Source: Planctomycetota bacterium
GTDB lineage: Bacteria; Planctomycetota; UBA1135
Length of the DNA: 64,000 bases
Assembly (NCBI GenBank): GCA_030748415.1
Contig: JASMMA010000009.1
Coordinates: 45,194 to 109,193 of the forward strand
Direction: 5' to 3'
In this document: positions 37,465-48,124 of the stretch, piece after piece
Layout: each line of letters begins with the position of its first letter
How positions within the stretch are numbered: the stretch's first letter is position 1
Position numbers and translations under genes: made by a program
Notes under the pieces: model-generated
Databases searched by the model: none
Told to the model about the DNA's origin: nothing
What the model saw: the letters and a program-made list of their open reading frames with translations, nothing else

Positions 37465-38501
37465 GCAACGCCCTCCACTGCGTCGCTGACTTCACCCATT
37501 CGGAAAGGGCTCGCCCCAGATGCAGCAAGCTTGCTCATCATTTCAATGGCTGCGTCAGAATCCACGACAAGAATAAGTCCCACTCCCATGTTGAATGCCC
37601 GCCAGGCCTCATCAATATCAACCTGCCCTGCGGAAACTAGTTGTTCAAAAACATTCAACTTGGGCACCGCTGACCTCTGAACTTGTGCGCCTAAACCACC
37701 AAGCGTGCGTGGTAAATTTCCAGCGACACCACCTCCTGTTATATGCGCCATAGCATGGAGGCTGGAGTCCTTTAAAAAGGGTTGCATCGTTCGCAGGTAA
37801 CTCAAATGGTTGCGCAACATCACATCAGCAACAGATTCGTCGCTTTCGCCGGGGAAGGGGTCTAGCCAACTTAGCCCCATTCGGTCCAAAATAATCCTGC
37901 GAGCCAGAGAATAGCCATTTGTGTGCAAGCCATTAGAAGGCAAGCCAATAAGTTGGTCGCCGGCCTTAACCCGTGAGCCGTCTAGAATATGTTCTCTTTC
38001 AACAACTCCAACAAGAGTTCCGACCAGATCGAATTCACCCTCTGGATAGACACCAGGCATTTCGGCAGTTTCTCCTCCGATGAGAACTAGACCATTGTCT
38101 GCACATGCATTGGCCAAGCCTTCGAGGACGGCAGCAACATTCTCAGGAACCAGCTTCCCAACTCCTACATAGTCCAGGAAGAAAAGAGGTTCAGCCCCTT
38201 GGACCAGCGCGTCATTGATGCAATGTTGGACCAGGCAACGGCCAACACTTCCGAATTGGCCCACCGAAGCAGCAATTCGGACTTTAGTCCCAACACCGTC
38301 GGCGGTGGCAACGAGAACCGGATTATTGCCTAGATTGTCGGCCCGAAAAAGGCCCCCAAAGGAGCCCACATCGGCCAGCACCCGTGAGTTGAAAGTCGCA
38401 CGAATGGCAGGTTTAACACGGTCGAGGGCATCCTCGGCGGCATCAATGTTCACACCAGCGTCCCGGTAGGAAAGAGATTGGCTAGGCCGTTGTGTGGTCA
38501 T
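37452..38501 (-). CDS. purM: Phosphoribosylaminoimidazole (AIR) synthetase
   Basis: SYRDAGVNI, DGVGTK, GAEPLFFLDY, GGETAEMPG, SNGLHTNGYSL, HITGGG and FNMGVG. Confidence 0.97.
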   Translation of the reverse strand: MTTQRPSQSLSYRDAGVNIDAAEDALDRVKPAIRATFNSRVLADVGSFGGLFRADNLGNNPVLVATADGVGTKVRIAASVGQFGSVGRCLVQHCINDALVQGAEPLFFLDYVGVGKLVPENVAAVLEGLANACADNGLVLIGGETAEMPGVYPEGEFDLVGTLVGVVEREHILDGSRVKAGDQLIGLPSNGLHTNGYSLARRIILDRMGLSWLDPFPGESDESVADVMLRNHLSYLRTMQPFLKDSSLHAMAHITGGGVAGNLPRTLGGLGAQVQRSAVPKLNVFEQLVSAGQVDIDEAWRAFNMGVGLILVVDSDAAIEMMSKLAASGASPFRMGEVSDAVEGVAWLD

Positions 38502-38562
38502 GCCTGGATTCTAATCTCGCGACCCCTTTTGTCTGAACCCAAGAACCGCGTATTCTTCGAGT

Positions 38563-39687
38563 ATGGGCACTTCCACCCGCCGCCTGGTCCTATTGGGTGC
38601 GACCGGCACAGTAGGCCTCCAAACACTCAACATCATTGCAGAGGCCGACCTCCCCCTCCAGCTGGTGGGCTTATCTGCCCATTCCAATTCAGAATCATTA
38701 AGTCGCTTGGCCCACAGCCATGCCGCCGCACCTACCTTCCTGACATCACAGGAATCCCAGAATGATTCCCTTCTGGCCTTTTTGAGTGACTCGAACGCCT
38801 ACGACATCTGTCTTAATGCTGTCGTTGGTGCTGCCGGCCTACCCTTCAGTCATGCAGTTCTTGAGGCGGGCTGTGACCTCGCTTTGGCAAACAAGGAATC
38901 ACTGGTTTGCGCGGGTGAACTCCTGACGCAATTAGCCAAAAAAAGTGGGGCTAGGATCCTGCCTGTAGATTCGGAGCACTCAGCGATTGCTCAGTGTTTG
39001 CAGACCGCTCCTTCTTCGACTATTCGTAAACTTTACCTCACTGCATCTGGGGGAGCCCTTCGAGATTTTTCACTTATCGAGATGGAATCTGCTACTCCAG
39101 ACCAAGCGCTTGCTCACCCTAACTGGGAAATGGGCACTCGGATTACTGTTGACTCTGCAACCATGATGAATAAGGCTCTTGAGATTATTGAGGCTCAACA
39201 TCTCTTTGGCGTTGCCGCATCATCGATTGAGGTCCTGGTCCACCGACAATCAGTCGTTCACTCTATGGTTGAATTCGTCGATGGATCTGTTCTTTCTCAA
39301 ATGGGCCCCCCCGATATGCGTTTCCCCATCCACTGGGCATTATCTCATCCAAATCGTTGTGCTTCTCCCCTCCATGGATTTGACTTGGACCTATACTCCA
39401 AGCTTGAGTTTGAAAAGCCTGACTTATCGCGTTTCCCAGCAATACAGCTAGGGCAAAAAGCTGCTCATATGGGTGGCGCCGCTGGAGCTGTTTTAAATGC
39501 AGCTGACGAAGTTGCCGTTGAGGCCTTTATTCAGGGAAATCTTCCTTTCCTTGAGATTGCTTCTGTTACTCAAACCGTTTTGGACCAACTAGGCACCAAA
39601 CCTGCCCACACTCTAAAACAAATTTTCGAGGCCGACCAACAAGCGCGGCAACTCGCACGGGAACTCATAAGGACCCCTGCAACTTAA
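38563..39687 (+). CDS. dxr: 1-deoxy-D-xylulose-5-phosphate reductoisomerase
   Basis: LGATGTVG, LALANKESLV, PVDSEH, HPNW.MG..ITVDSATMMNK and NAADEVAV. Confidence 0.97.
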   Translation: MGTSTRRLVLLGATGTVGLQTLNIIAEADLPLQLVGLSAHSNSESLSRLAHSHAAAPTFLTSQESQNDSLLAFLSDSNAYDICLNAVVGAAGLPFSHAVLEAGCDLALANKESLVCAGELLTQLAKKSGARILPVDSEHSAIAQCLQTAPSSTIRKLYLTASGGALRDFSLIEMESATPDQALAHPNWEMGTRITVDSATMMNKALEIIEAQHLFGVAASSIEVLVHRQSVVHSMVEFVDGSVLSQMGPPDMRFPIHWALSHPNRCASPLHGFDLDLYSKLEFEKPDLSRFPAIQLGQKAAHMGGAAGAVLNAADEVAVEAFIQGNLPFLEIASVTQTVLDQLGTKPAHTLKQIFEADQQARQLARELIRTPAT

Positions 39688-39690
39688 AAC

Positions 39691-41481
39691 ATGGCCACCA
39701 TTCTTACCATTTTAGGAATCGGACTGATTCTCTTTGTTCATGAAGCCGGGCACTTCTTTGCTGCCCGTCGTGCCGGCGTTCGCGTTGAGGTTTTTTCTCT
39801 TGGCTTTGGCCCCCGCATCCTTGGTTGGAAAGGTAAAGAAACGGATTATCGACTTTCATTGCTTCCCTTGGGCGGTTATGTCCGAATGTCCGGTGAAGAA
39901 CAAAATCGCCCTCCACAAAAGGGAGAATTGGGTGCTGCCACCCCTGGCCAAAGGCTTTTAATTTTCTCGGGTGGAATTTTGATGAATTTTCTTTTTGCCC
40001 TTGTTGTTATTCCCCTCCTGTTTCGAGTTGGCGTTCCCTTCGAGGCACCGGTTGCTGGCCCCGTCCAGCCTGGAAGCCCTGCATGGGAAGCTGGTATTCA
40101 AGAAGGTGACCATTTTCTAAACATTCAGGGTGAGCCCGTCCATGGTTTTCGGAACTTTGCAGCTGCCATTGCCTTGGGCGACGAATCCGAACTAACTGTT
40201 GAACTTGCCCCACGCGCAGGAGAAGCCTCAAATCGATTCCTTTCTTTGCGCCCTGCCTTTAACTCCGACTCGGGCTTCCGCCAGGTTGGTGTTGCTCCTG
40301 CTCTTATTTCACCAAAGCTCTCTCTCATTGTTGAACCTGGCTCTCCTGCTTCAGAGGCAGGGTTACAAAGCTATGACCGTATAACGGCCATTAATGGTAC
40401 TTCGCTTTCATCCCCGCAAGAGGCCCGCCTCCTCCTGCAAGATGCCTTTCTATACTCCCGCTCGCTTGAACTGAGCTACTGGCGAGAAGGCCTAACCCCC
40501 GTTATCGGAAGTGCTCATCTGGTTCTGCCGCCTTCACTACCAGACTCTTCACCCCAGGTTGGGATACGGCAAGCAGCGACCGTAGTTCGCAAAAACAAAA
40601 TGCCCACCCTGATTCCTCTTCAGGAAAATGACATTCTCTTAGAAGCGAACGGGTTGCCTATTCAACGCCTTGACGACCTTGCTGTCCTGTGTATTCGAGC
40701 TAAATCACTGCCTGCAATCACTCTCCTCAGAGAGGGAAACATCATTCAAACAGAGGCCATCAACGACATCACTCATAAGGAGGTGCTTTCAAGTTTGTGG
40801 CTAGATGAAGGGGACTCTTTTCGCCTTGCAGTCATTCCTTCTGGCCCTGCCGCCCTTGCGGGCCTCCAAGATCATGACACTTTGCTTCGGGTAAACGGGG
40901 AACCCATTTCGAACCTTCTTGACCTTACCCAAAAGGTAAAACAGGGCATTTCGAAGCCTCTTCATTTTTTAGTTTCAAGAAAGGGAGCCGAAGACCCTAT
41001 TAACATTTCTGTAAAGCCGACGCCACGAGCACAACCACTCTATGGATTTGGTTTAGTGTCCTGGAAAACGACTGTAAAAAGTACAAACTTCCTCCAAGCA
41101 ATTCACATGGGCCTCAACGAAGCTCAAAGAATGGTACTTGAAATCAAGGGCACGCTTGCTGGAATGTTTAGCGGCCAAGTGGCGAAAGAAAACATTGGCG
41201 GAATCATTGCCATTGGTCAAGTTACCCACAGCTTTGCCTCTGAAGGGATCGTTCCCCTTCTCTTTTTTCTTGCCATGATTTCAATTCACCTCGGGGTCTT
41301 AAACCTCCTCCCGATTCCTGCTCTGGATGGGGGCCACATTCTCCTTGTTCTCATTGAAAAACTTCGTGGGAAACCTCTCAGCGATCGTACACAGGGCGCC
41401 TTCAACCTAGCCGGTGCCCTTTTAGTTCTAGGCTTGGTTATTTTCGTAACCATGCAGGACATTTCGCGCTTGATGAACTAA
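39691..41481 (+). CDS. rseP: RIP metalloprotease (site-2 protease) with several PDZ domains
   Basis: HEAGH, FSLGFGP, PLGGYVRM and NLLPIPALDGGH; dxr-rseP synteny. Confidence 0.94.
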   Translation: MATILTILGIGLILFVHEAGHFFAARRAGVRVEVFSLGFGPRILGWKGKETDYRLSLLPLGGYVRMSGEEQNRPPQKGELGAATPGQRLLIFSGGILMNFLFALVVIPLLFRVGVPFEAPVAGPVQPGSPAWEAGIQEGDHFLNIQGEPVHGFRNFAAAIALGDESELTVELAPRAGEASNRFLSLRPAFNSDSGFRQVGVAPALISPKLSLIVEPGSPASEAGLQSYDRITAINGTSLSSPQEARLLLQDAFLYSRSLELSYWREGLTPVIGSAHLVLPPSLPDSSPQVGIRQAATVVRKNKMPTLIPLQENDILLEANGLPIQRLDDLAVLCIRAKSLPAITLLREGNIIQTEAINDITHKEVLSSLWLDEGDSFRLAVIPSGPAALAGLQDHDTLLRVNGEPISNLLDLTQKVKQGISKPLHFLVSRKGAEDPINISVKPTPRAQPLYGFGLVSWKTTVKSTNFLQAIHMGLNEAQRMVLEIKGTLAGMFSGQVAKENIGGIIAIGQVTHSFASEGIVPLLFFLAMISIHLGVLNLLPIPALDGGHILLVLIEKLRGKPLSDRTQGAFNLAGALLVLGLVIFVTMQDISRLMN

Positions 41482-41486
41482 GACCG

Positions 41487-42350
41487 TTGGCTTGGCTTCG
41501 CCTGCTCCGCTTTTCTCTCCTCCCGACAATCGTTTGGGATGTGACCGCAGGTGTCTTCCTCAGTTCAGGATCCTTTGATTCGGCTTGGGTTCGCTGCCTT
41601 TGCATTCTCCTTTTCACTTTTCATGGGGGCATGATTGCAAACGATATTGCCGACAGAAGAGTCGATGCCCGCTTTCGCCCCAGCCGCCCAATTCCGTCCG
41701 GTTCGATTTCACTTAGGGCTGCTTCCATACTTTGCCTTCTTTTCTTTTCCCTTGCCTTGGCTCTTGCGCAAGATCTCCCAACCGCCCCAAGAACACTATC
41801 ACATATCCTGATTAGTATCTCCCTTCTCTATAACTTCGGGGGAAAACTAATACGCGAATGGATGGGACCTGCCCTCTTGGCAACCGCCCGCGCGGGCTCC
41901 CTCTGTTTGGGTGCGCTTGCATCGTTAAATGTAAGTGAGCTTGCGTCTTCAGGCATCCTCTGGCCGGCTGTTGTTTACTCTCTTTTCTTTTTATTCACTT
42001 CCCGCTTGGCCGCCCATGAAGAATGTGGTACCTCTGGAATGCGTGGCCTTGCCTTTGTTCTTGTTGCTGTAGCGGCTCCTCTCCTCCTTTTTAACTCCCC
42101 CATTGCGAGCATTTCTTGGATTCCTCTCTGGCTTCTCCTTGGGGTGTGGCTCCTTGAGCCACTGATACCGGATCGCCACTCTATGTGGGAGCCTGAGAAG
42201 GTACAGAGGACTGTCCGGCGTTCTCTCTCAAGTGCCCCCCTCATTCACTCGATGGCATTACTTTCTCTTGGCCTTTGGTATCCCTCGCTCGGAGGAGCGC
42301 TCACCCTTGGCCTGGTTCACTACCTGGCGAGGCAATTCCCGCCCGAATAA
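41487..42350 (+). CDS. UbiA-family prenyltransferase
   Basis: NDIADRRVDARFRPSRPIPSG (NDxxDxxxD...RP.RP..SG); multiple TM segments. Confidence 0.85.
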   Translation: MAWLRLLRFSLLPTIVWDVTAGVFLSSGSFDSAWVRCLCILLFTFHGGMIANDIADRRVDARFRPSRPIPSGSISLRAASILCLLFFSLALALAQDLPTAPRTLSHILISISLLYNFGGKLIREWMGPALLATARAGSLCLGALASLNVSELASSGILWPAVVYSLFFLFTSRLAAHEECGTSGMRGLAFVLVAVAAPLLLFNSPIASISWIPLWLLLGVWLLEPLIPDRHSMWEPEKVQRTVRRSLSSAPLIHSMALLSLGLWYPSLGGALTLGLVHYLARQFPPE

Positions 42351-42396
42351 ACCAGCAAACCTTGACCCAATCGGTGGGGTCAGCACCCAGGTTCTA

Positions 42397-44043
42397 TCAA
42401 AAGAATTCCAGCAGGATGTCGTTCACAAATGAATGCACTCTTGAAGGGTTCTCAGCGCTTCGGATTTCCATGAGTACTGGCCAAGCATCCCCATCAAGAA
42501 CTTGGTGCAGGTTCTCAATAATCAAAAACCGAACATCGGGCCGAGTTTGAGGGTTGACGGCTAATTGAATGAACAATTCTTCAGCCGAAGTGTTCTCAAG
42601 TGCAATCCTTGAAAGGGCGCCCACCCATGCAGAAACACATTCTTCGCTGAGGCCCTCTTCGTAGTATTCTCGCAAAAGGGGCAAGGAAACAGAGCCTAGG
42701 TTACCGAGTTGGACTAAACACATGGCCTTTACTTTGAATGTTTCCCTTTCATCGTGCAGGGTTTTTTTCATGAGTGGTAGGGCCTGAGAACCACCTAAGT
42801 GCCCAAAGATCCGAAGAAGATCAATTTTGCTGTTGGCATCACAGTAGGGCCACCGCTGGAGAAGAAAGGGAACCGTGCGTTCATCGTGGACCCCTTCTTG
42901 TCGCAACAAGTTGATTGCCTCTGCTGCTTGAGTTCCTTCCGGGTAAGTGGATGCCAATCGCAACCATGGCTCCAGCAAAACCCGATCCCCTCTCTCGCAG
43001 AGTGCCTGCAATGCAGGTAGTGCCAAGGTCAAATCAGAACCCTGAGCAAAACCACGAAGGATGTCATGACCTGCACGCGTGGATATCGCTGTTGAGAGGC
43101 GAAGGCCCTTAATCACAGCCATTCGCACTCCGAGGGCTGGGTCTTCGGCAGCAATTGAAAGAGCATCCCAACGACCTATAAGTGAGAGGCCCTCAACAGC
43201 AGTAGCGCGAACACCCGGCTGAGGAACATGTTGAATACTGAGATAGGTTTCTAATTCATCCCCAACAGTGAAGTCCTCCAACTGGGCGAGCCGGAGAAGG
43301 GCCTGAACGCGGAGAGGTTGGGGCATCCCTTGAGAAACATGATGGAGACGCTGGATTTGACCTGGCCCGGACATCGATAAAAGCGCTGACCATGCAAGTT
43401 GCCCAGTGCGAAAGCTTTCGGTGTCGCCTTCAATCCAACGAATGACAAGGTCAGCCAAAAAGTCACCTGTTTCATCACCGCCCAATTTACCAAGGGTTGA
43501 GAAAAGGGCCTGAAGAGGACCCAATTCATCCTCAAGTGGTACCCACTTCAGCAAATCGGGAACAACTGTTGGATTTCCAAGTTGGCCTAGGGCCTCAAGG
43601 GCTGCTGTACGGGCCACAGGAATAGGCGTGCCTCGAACAACATCAATGAGGATTGGAGCCAGTTCAGAGGATTGGGTTCGAGCGAGGGCTTCGCATAGGT
43701 TATGGAGGTAAGGATAGCTCCCAGGAGAATGGATCGACTCTCGAATTGCAGAGACAATAAGCTCGCCAGAGTCACTAGCTTCGTGAGCGAAACGCTCCAT
43801 TGCAAAGCGTAACCCCTCTCTTGAAGATACCTGAAGGTGACCCAGCCAACGGGCTGGTAACTCATCTTGGCTTTCGACTGTATAGAGCGGGAGGCCACTT
43901 GGGGCCGGAAAGTACTCCTGCTCAAATGAAGGAGGGACAGGAGGTACTTCGCTCTTCTGGCAGGAGGCCACCAAACAAATCAGGAGCGACGAGAGCAGCA
44001 AAGGGAGCTGAACACGCAAAGTGGAGTAGAATCTTGGCAACAT
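42397..44043 (-). CDS. HEAT-repeat lipoprotein
   Basis: Lipobox LVAS-C; repeats ARTAALEALGQLG and VRATAVEGL; start uncertain (44043 or 44019). Confidence 0.75.
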   Translation of the reverse strand: MLPRFYSTLRVQLPLLLSSLLICLVASCQKSEVPPVPPSFEQEYFPAPSGLPLYTVESQDELPARWLGHLQVSSREGLRFAMERFAHEASDSGELIVSAIRESIHSPGSYPYLHNLCEALARTQSSELAPILIDVVRGTPIPVARTAALEALGQLGNPTVVPDLLKWVPLEDELGPLQALFSTLGKLGGDETGDFLADLVIRWIEGDTESFRTGQLAWSALLSMSGPGQIQRLHHVSQGMPQPLRVQALLRLAQLEDFTVGDELETYLSIQHVPQPGVRATAVEGLSLIGRWDALSIAAEDPALGVRMAVIKGLRLSTAISTRAGHDILRGFAQGSDLTLALPALQALCERGDRVLLEPWLRLASTYPEGTQAAEAINLLRQEGVHDERTVPFLLQRWPYCDANSKIDLLRIFGHLGGSQALPLMKKTLHDERETFKVKAMCLVQLGNLGSVSLPLLREYYEEGLSEECVSAWVGALSRIALENTSAEELFIQLAVNPQTRPDVRFLIIENLHQVLDGDAWPVLMEIRSAENPSRVHSFVNDILLEFF

Positions 44044-45064
44044 GCAGAAAGGGAATGCTCCGAAGGGAATCGATTACGGGATGGGACCATACAAGGTCCA
44101 ACATGCGTTAGCATTGGCGCCTATGGCTGGAAACACAAATCTAGCCTACCGTCGCCTTTGCAGGAAATATGGGGCAGAAATCACAACCACAGAAATGGTC
44201 TCTGCTCAGGCCCTTCACCATGGGGACACAAAAACGCAAGCCATCCTGGAACGAGGAGATGACGAGTTCCCTGTCGCAGCTCAACTATTTGGCTCGGACC
44301 CCACCATTCTTGCCAATGGAGCTCGAATTGTGGAAGAACTTGGCTTCCACCTTGTCGATTTCAATATGGGTTGTCCCGTTCCAAAAATAACCGGAGGTGG
44401 TGGCGGGAGTGCCCTTCTTCGAGATTCTATTCGTGCCTCCGATTGTGTCTCAGCAATGTCTGAGGCAACTTCCTTGCCTGTGACTGTCAAAATCCGAACC
44501 GGATGGAATTCTCCTAACGAAGCGCCACAGGTCGCTTCCGACATGGAGAATGCCGGGGCGTCTGCTTTAACAGTTCATGGTCGCACCCGAACTCAAAAGT
44601 ATTCCGGAAAGGTGGAATACGCTGCAATTCAGCAAGTCGTGCAAGCAGTTTCTATTCCAGTAATTGGCAATGGAGACATAGTCGATTTGGACTCCGCAAA
44701 GCTCATGCTCGCTACGGGTGCCAGTGGTATTGCTGTTGGACGGGGTGCCCTTGGTCGGCCATGGTTTTTTGCTGAGCTCCGCTCTCTCTTCGAAGGTACC
44801 CCTCCTCCTCCACCACCCTCGATCCCTGAGCGAATGCAAATCCTCCTTGAATTAGGGAAAGGTGTTTGCGCTCTCTATGGGGAGCAAAGAGGAATGAAAA
44901 ATATGCGCCGCTTGGCCGCGGACTTCTTTAAAAGTTCTCCAGGGAGCGCCTTATCAAGAAAAAAGTGTTCGCACCTGAACACATTGAAAGACCTTCAAGC
45001 CTTAACCGAACACTTTATTCTTCAGTTGGAGTCTTCCCGTCCCAATCTAGCCCCTGAACGGTAA
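44042..45064 (+). CDS. dusB: tRNA-dihydrouridine synthase (DusB-like)
   Basis: LAPMAG, TEMVS, DFNMGCP, PVTVKIRTGW, HGRT, GNGDI and GRGALGRPW. Confidence 0.92.
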   Translation: MQKGNAPKGIDYGMGPYKVQHALALAPMAGNTNLAYRRLCRKYGAEITTTEMVSAQALHHGDTKTQAILERGDDEFPVAAQLFGSDPTILANGARIVEELGFHLVDFNMGCPVPKITGGGGGSALLRDSIRASDCVSAMSEATSLPVTVKIRTGWNSPNEAPQVASDMENAGASALTVHGRTRTQKYSGKVEYAAIQQVVQAVSIPVIGNGDIVDLDSAKLMLATGASGIAVGRGALGRPWFFAELRSLFEGTPPPPPPSIPERMQILLELGKGVCALYGEQRGMKNMRRLAADFFKSSPGSALSRKKCSHLNTLKDLQALTEHFILQLESSRPNLAPER

Positions 45065-46508
45065 ACATTTTTGTACTCGCCTTGGCAAAGGCCATTCGTG
45101 CACTTTTTTCAGCCGTCAGGGCTTGCTCATAATCTCGTTGAAATTGAAGCACCTGGAAATTCGTCGAGGCTCCTTCTTCAAGGCGTCGCTGTTCGGCTTC
45201 AAGTTGGCGTTTGGCAACCTTGCTCGCCAGACTGGTCACATCAACGCGGTCCGCGAGATAGTTCACAGAACGAAGAGCATCTCGAATTTCCATTTCAACC
45301 GTGTGTCGCTGATCGCTTAGCTGGCGTACTGCAAGTTCCCAAGAATATCGCGCACGCAACTCGGCTCCACGGTACTGGTGGTTACCAAAAGGAATCTCCA
45401 AGTTGAGACCTAGGGAATATCCGGTATAAAGAAAATCTCGAGTGACATCCAATGCTTCATGGACTTGTGGCGCAACACCTGCACTACTGCCTGTTGCCAC
45501 TAAATCCAGCTTCGGCATCAGATTCTTCTTGGCAAGGTCCCAATCCAATTTCTTTTGAATGACATCCTGACGCATTCGAATCAAATCCGACCGGTGAAGG
45601 TCAGCAACCTGAAATGCTGCAAAAAATTGGAGTTCAGTTTTCTGAGGAGTATCCGGTTCGCTTATCGGAAGCAGGCGCAGATTCCACTCAGCTCGATCTT
45701 CTAAGCCGAACATTAAAACTCGAAGGGCATCTTCTGCTTGCCGAGAGGTATTCCTTGCAGTTAAGAGGGCATCTCGACGGGTCGCAATATCTGCTTCAGT
45801 TTGCACCACTTCAACTTCTGCAGCAGATCCCACTTCAAACTTTGCCTGAGTAACATCTCGCAACTCTTGAGCCAAATTCAATGAAAGTTCCTTCACCTTG
45901 ATGTCTTCTAAAGCAAAAGCTAAGTCCCAATAAGCATCCACTGCGGATTGGATTGCTGCCAAGTCGGCTTCTCGGGCACCTGCCAAAGCTTGGTCCGCTG
46001 ATATTTCAGCACTTCTTCTCGTGTAAGTTCCTGCCAAATCCCAAGCTCCTCTAAGAAGAGGCTGAGTGAACTCCAAATTCAAACTCACATTGGAGTCCGG
46101 GTTCAAACCAAAAAAGTTCTCGGGAAGATTGTCCTTGGTGTAAACCTCAGACAAAGATGCTGAAAATGAACCACCAGTAGTGAGTGCTTTTCGGAGACCC
46201 TGTCTCGCATTCCACGAAAGAATGTTTTGAGAGTCCAAATCGCCACTAAAGGTACCACCAGCGGTTGGCCGCTCCGTGAAGCTATAGGTAGTGTCGGCAA
46301 AAAACACAGCATCAAAAGCACCATCGGCCTCTTCTACAGCAGCCCCGCTAGCCAGTGCAGTCAAGTGCGCTTGGTTGAGGGCTGGAGCATTGAGTTTGAC
46401 CTGCCGGACAACATCTTCGATGCTCAGGGGAAGCAACTCATCCGGAAGTGCAGCCTCTTGGGGGGGTTGCGCAGAAAGGAAAACGATTAGGGGGAACAGG
46501 GTCAGCAT
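45015..46508 (-). CDS. TolC-family outer membrane efflux protein
   Basis: Signal peptide; two OEP repeats (TQPLLRG, AYWDL..A, P.LDL, R...G.ST...VL..Q). Confidence 0.88.
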   Translation of the reverse strand: MLTLFPLIVFLSAQPPQEAALPDELLPLSIEDVVRQVKLNAPALNQAHLTALASGAAVEEADGAFDAVFFADTTYSFTERPTAGGTFSGDLDSQNILSWNARQGLRKALTTGGSFSASLSEVYTKDNLPENFFGLNPDSNVSLNLEFTQPLLRGAWDLAGTYTRRSAEISADQALAGAREADLAAIQSAVDAYWDLAFALEDIKVKELSLNLAQELRDVTQAKFEVGSAAEVEVVQTEADIATRRDALLTARNTSRQAEDALRVLMFGLEDRAEWNLRLLPISEPDTPQKTELQFFAAFQVADLHRSDLIRMRQDVIQKKLDWDLAKKNLMPKLDLVATGSSAGVAPQVHEALDVTRDFLYTGYSLGLNLEIPFGNHQYRGAELRARYSWELAVRQLSDQRHTVEMEIRDALRSVNYLADRVDVTSLASKVAKRQLEAEQRRLEEGASTNFQVLQFQRDYEQALTAEKSARMAFAKASTKMFTVQGLDWDGKTPTEE

Positions 46509-46548
46509 GGCACCTCAGTTTACGACTGAGGTGGCAAAGCCTTAGACA

Positions 46549-47034
46549 CTATTGCAAGCAAATCCAGCCAAGCGAAGGGAGGAAATATGAGGGTAATAGC
46601 AAGGCCTCCCGGATTTCCAAGGATGCTTGCTGATACTGATTGCTCTTCTCCAGCTCAGAACGCCAACTTTCATCTAATAGTTCCGCCAAAGGAGGAACAG
46701 TGGGCGGAATCGTGTGGATTGCGGGAACGTCTTCCTTTTCAATTTGTGGTGGGTCTTGTAGGGGTTCAAAACCAATCGCTGGAATGTTCGGCTCTGGCTT
46801 CGCGATAAAAGAAAGGACCGCCAGAATGGGCACACTCGCAGTCAGAAAAACAAGAACCCCAGCGGCCATGCGCACCATGGAATTATTCCGCAAGGCTGTC
46901 GAAAAAGACCAAGCAGGTGCTCGCTCATCGTTCAACTTCTTGGCAAATCCAGGAGACAGAACATTTTCTGGGTGGGCAGCACGGAGTTCCTCGGCGAATG
47001 CTTTCAGATCCTCAGGAAGTTGAGATTCAATCAT
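46549..47034 (-). CDS. Putative single-TM anti-sigma factor
   Basis: ATGA-coupled to the ECF sigma; short cytoplasmic N-terminus, TM RMAAGVLVFLTASVPILAVL, Pro-rich external part. Confidence 0.55.
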   Translation of the reverse strand: MIESQLPEDLKAFAEELRAAHPENVLSPGFAKKLNDERAPAWSFSTALRNNSMVRMAAGVLVFLTASVPILAVLSFIAKPEPNIPAIGFEPLQDPPQIEKEDVPAIHTIPPTVPPLAELLDESWRSELEKSNQYQQASLEIREALLLPSYFLPSLGWICLQ

Positions 47035-47594
47035 GTGCCCTCTCCGCTTTCAGCATTGGTATTTAAAATCGAGGCAGTTTCACGAAGTTTCTTGAGAGCG
47101 TAATGAACTCTAGACTTCACGGTCCCCACTGGAATATTCAAGATTTCAGCGACATCCTGGTATGGAAGCTGTTGGAGGACAGCCAGCTCAATCAACTCCT
47201 GCGTGGCTGAGCCGCTTTGGGCAAGAACGGTGCGAAGAATCATGGCTCGGTCTCTTCGGTCGAGGCTTTCGATAGGTGTTTCGCCTGGAGCTTCCCCATC
47301 AGGAAGGTTTTCTCCTGCCGAAATGGGGCGCTTTTTCCTTCGAGAGTCAATCCACAGGTTGCGGGCAATTCGGAGTAAATAGGCATCAAGCCGACCGGCA
47401 GGTCGGTAGCGCTGAATGCCGTGCAAAACGCGAAGGAAAACATCTTGAACCAAATCCTCGGCAGTAGAGGCTTGAGCCCCTTGTCGAATGAAAAAGCCTT
47501 TGAGCCTAGGGCCCATTTCGGAAATGAGCTGGTCGAGCGCTTGGGATTCCCCCTCTCGGTAGCGGACCAGCAAATCACCAGGACCTCCATTCAT
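47031..47594 (-). CDS. ECF RNA polymerase sigma factor
   Basis: AEDLVQDVF, YLLRIARNLWID..R and Y.DVAEILNIPVGTVKSR. Confidence 0.95.
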   Translation of the reverse strand: MNGGPGDLLVRYREGESQALDQLISEMGPRLKGFFIRQGAQASTAEDLVQDVFLRVLHGIQRYRPAGRLDAYLLRIARNLWIDSRRKKRPISAGENLPDGEAPGETPIESLDRRDRAMILRTVLAQSGSATQELIELAVLQQLPYQDVAEILNIPVGTVKSRVHYALKKLRETASILNTNAESGEGT

Positions 47595-48124
47595 CGACTT
47601 TCAGGGGGAAGAACGGAGGAGTCAGGGGTTGGGTTCAAAGAAACCTCCCCGGAAATGGCTCCTTGAAGGGAAAGGAGCCGTTCTTGAGACAAGGGTCCAG
47701 CAGCAGAAAATAGAAGAAGGCGGCTCTCCGGGGAAGGAGCCTCTAGATGAATCGCGAGAGAATCATGCGGCAGCCATGCAGCCATCTTCTCGGCCCACTC
47801 GACAACCAGAACACAAGCCCCAAATCTTTGAGCTAAGCCCTCTGCGAGCAAGGAATCAAGCCGGTCTGAGAAATATGCGTCTAGATGAAGGAGATGTACA
47901 TCCCCCCCATACTCGTTGCAAAGTAAGTAAGAAGGAGAAGTTACTGGTTCCAGAATTCCCATTCCACGGGCGATGCCCCTGGAAAAGGCGGTCTTGCCAG
48001 CTCCTAAATCGCCGAACAAAGCGATGGAATCACCTGCTTGAAGGAAAGCGCCCAAGTGAGCACCAACAGTTTCTGTCTGGCTCTCACTTTCAGTTCTCAC
48101 GGTGAAATCAGTTATTCCAGTCAT
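47591..48124 (-). CDS. tsaE: tRNA threonylcarbamoyladenosine biosynthesis ATPase
   Basis: GDLGAGKT, VTSPSY.L..EY, HLDAY and VEW; thiL-tsaE order. Confidence 0.92.
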   Translation of the reverse strand: MTGITDFTVRTESESQTETVGAHLGAFLQAGDSIALFGDLGAGKTAFSRGIARGMGILEPVTSPSYLLCNEYGGDVHLLHLDAYFSDRLDSLLAEGLAQRFGACVLVVEWAEKMAAWLPHDSLAIHLEAPSPESRLLLFSAAGPLSQERLLSLQGAISGEVSLNPTPDSSVLPPESR

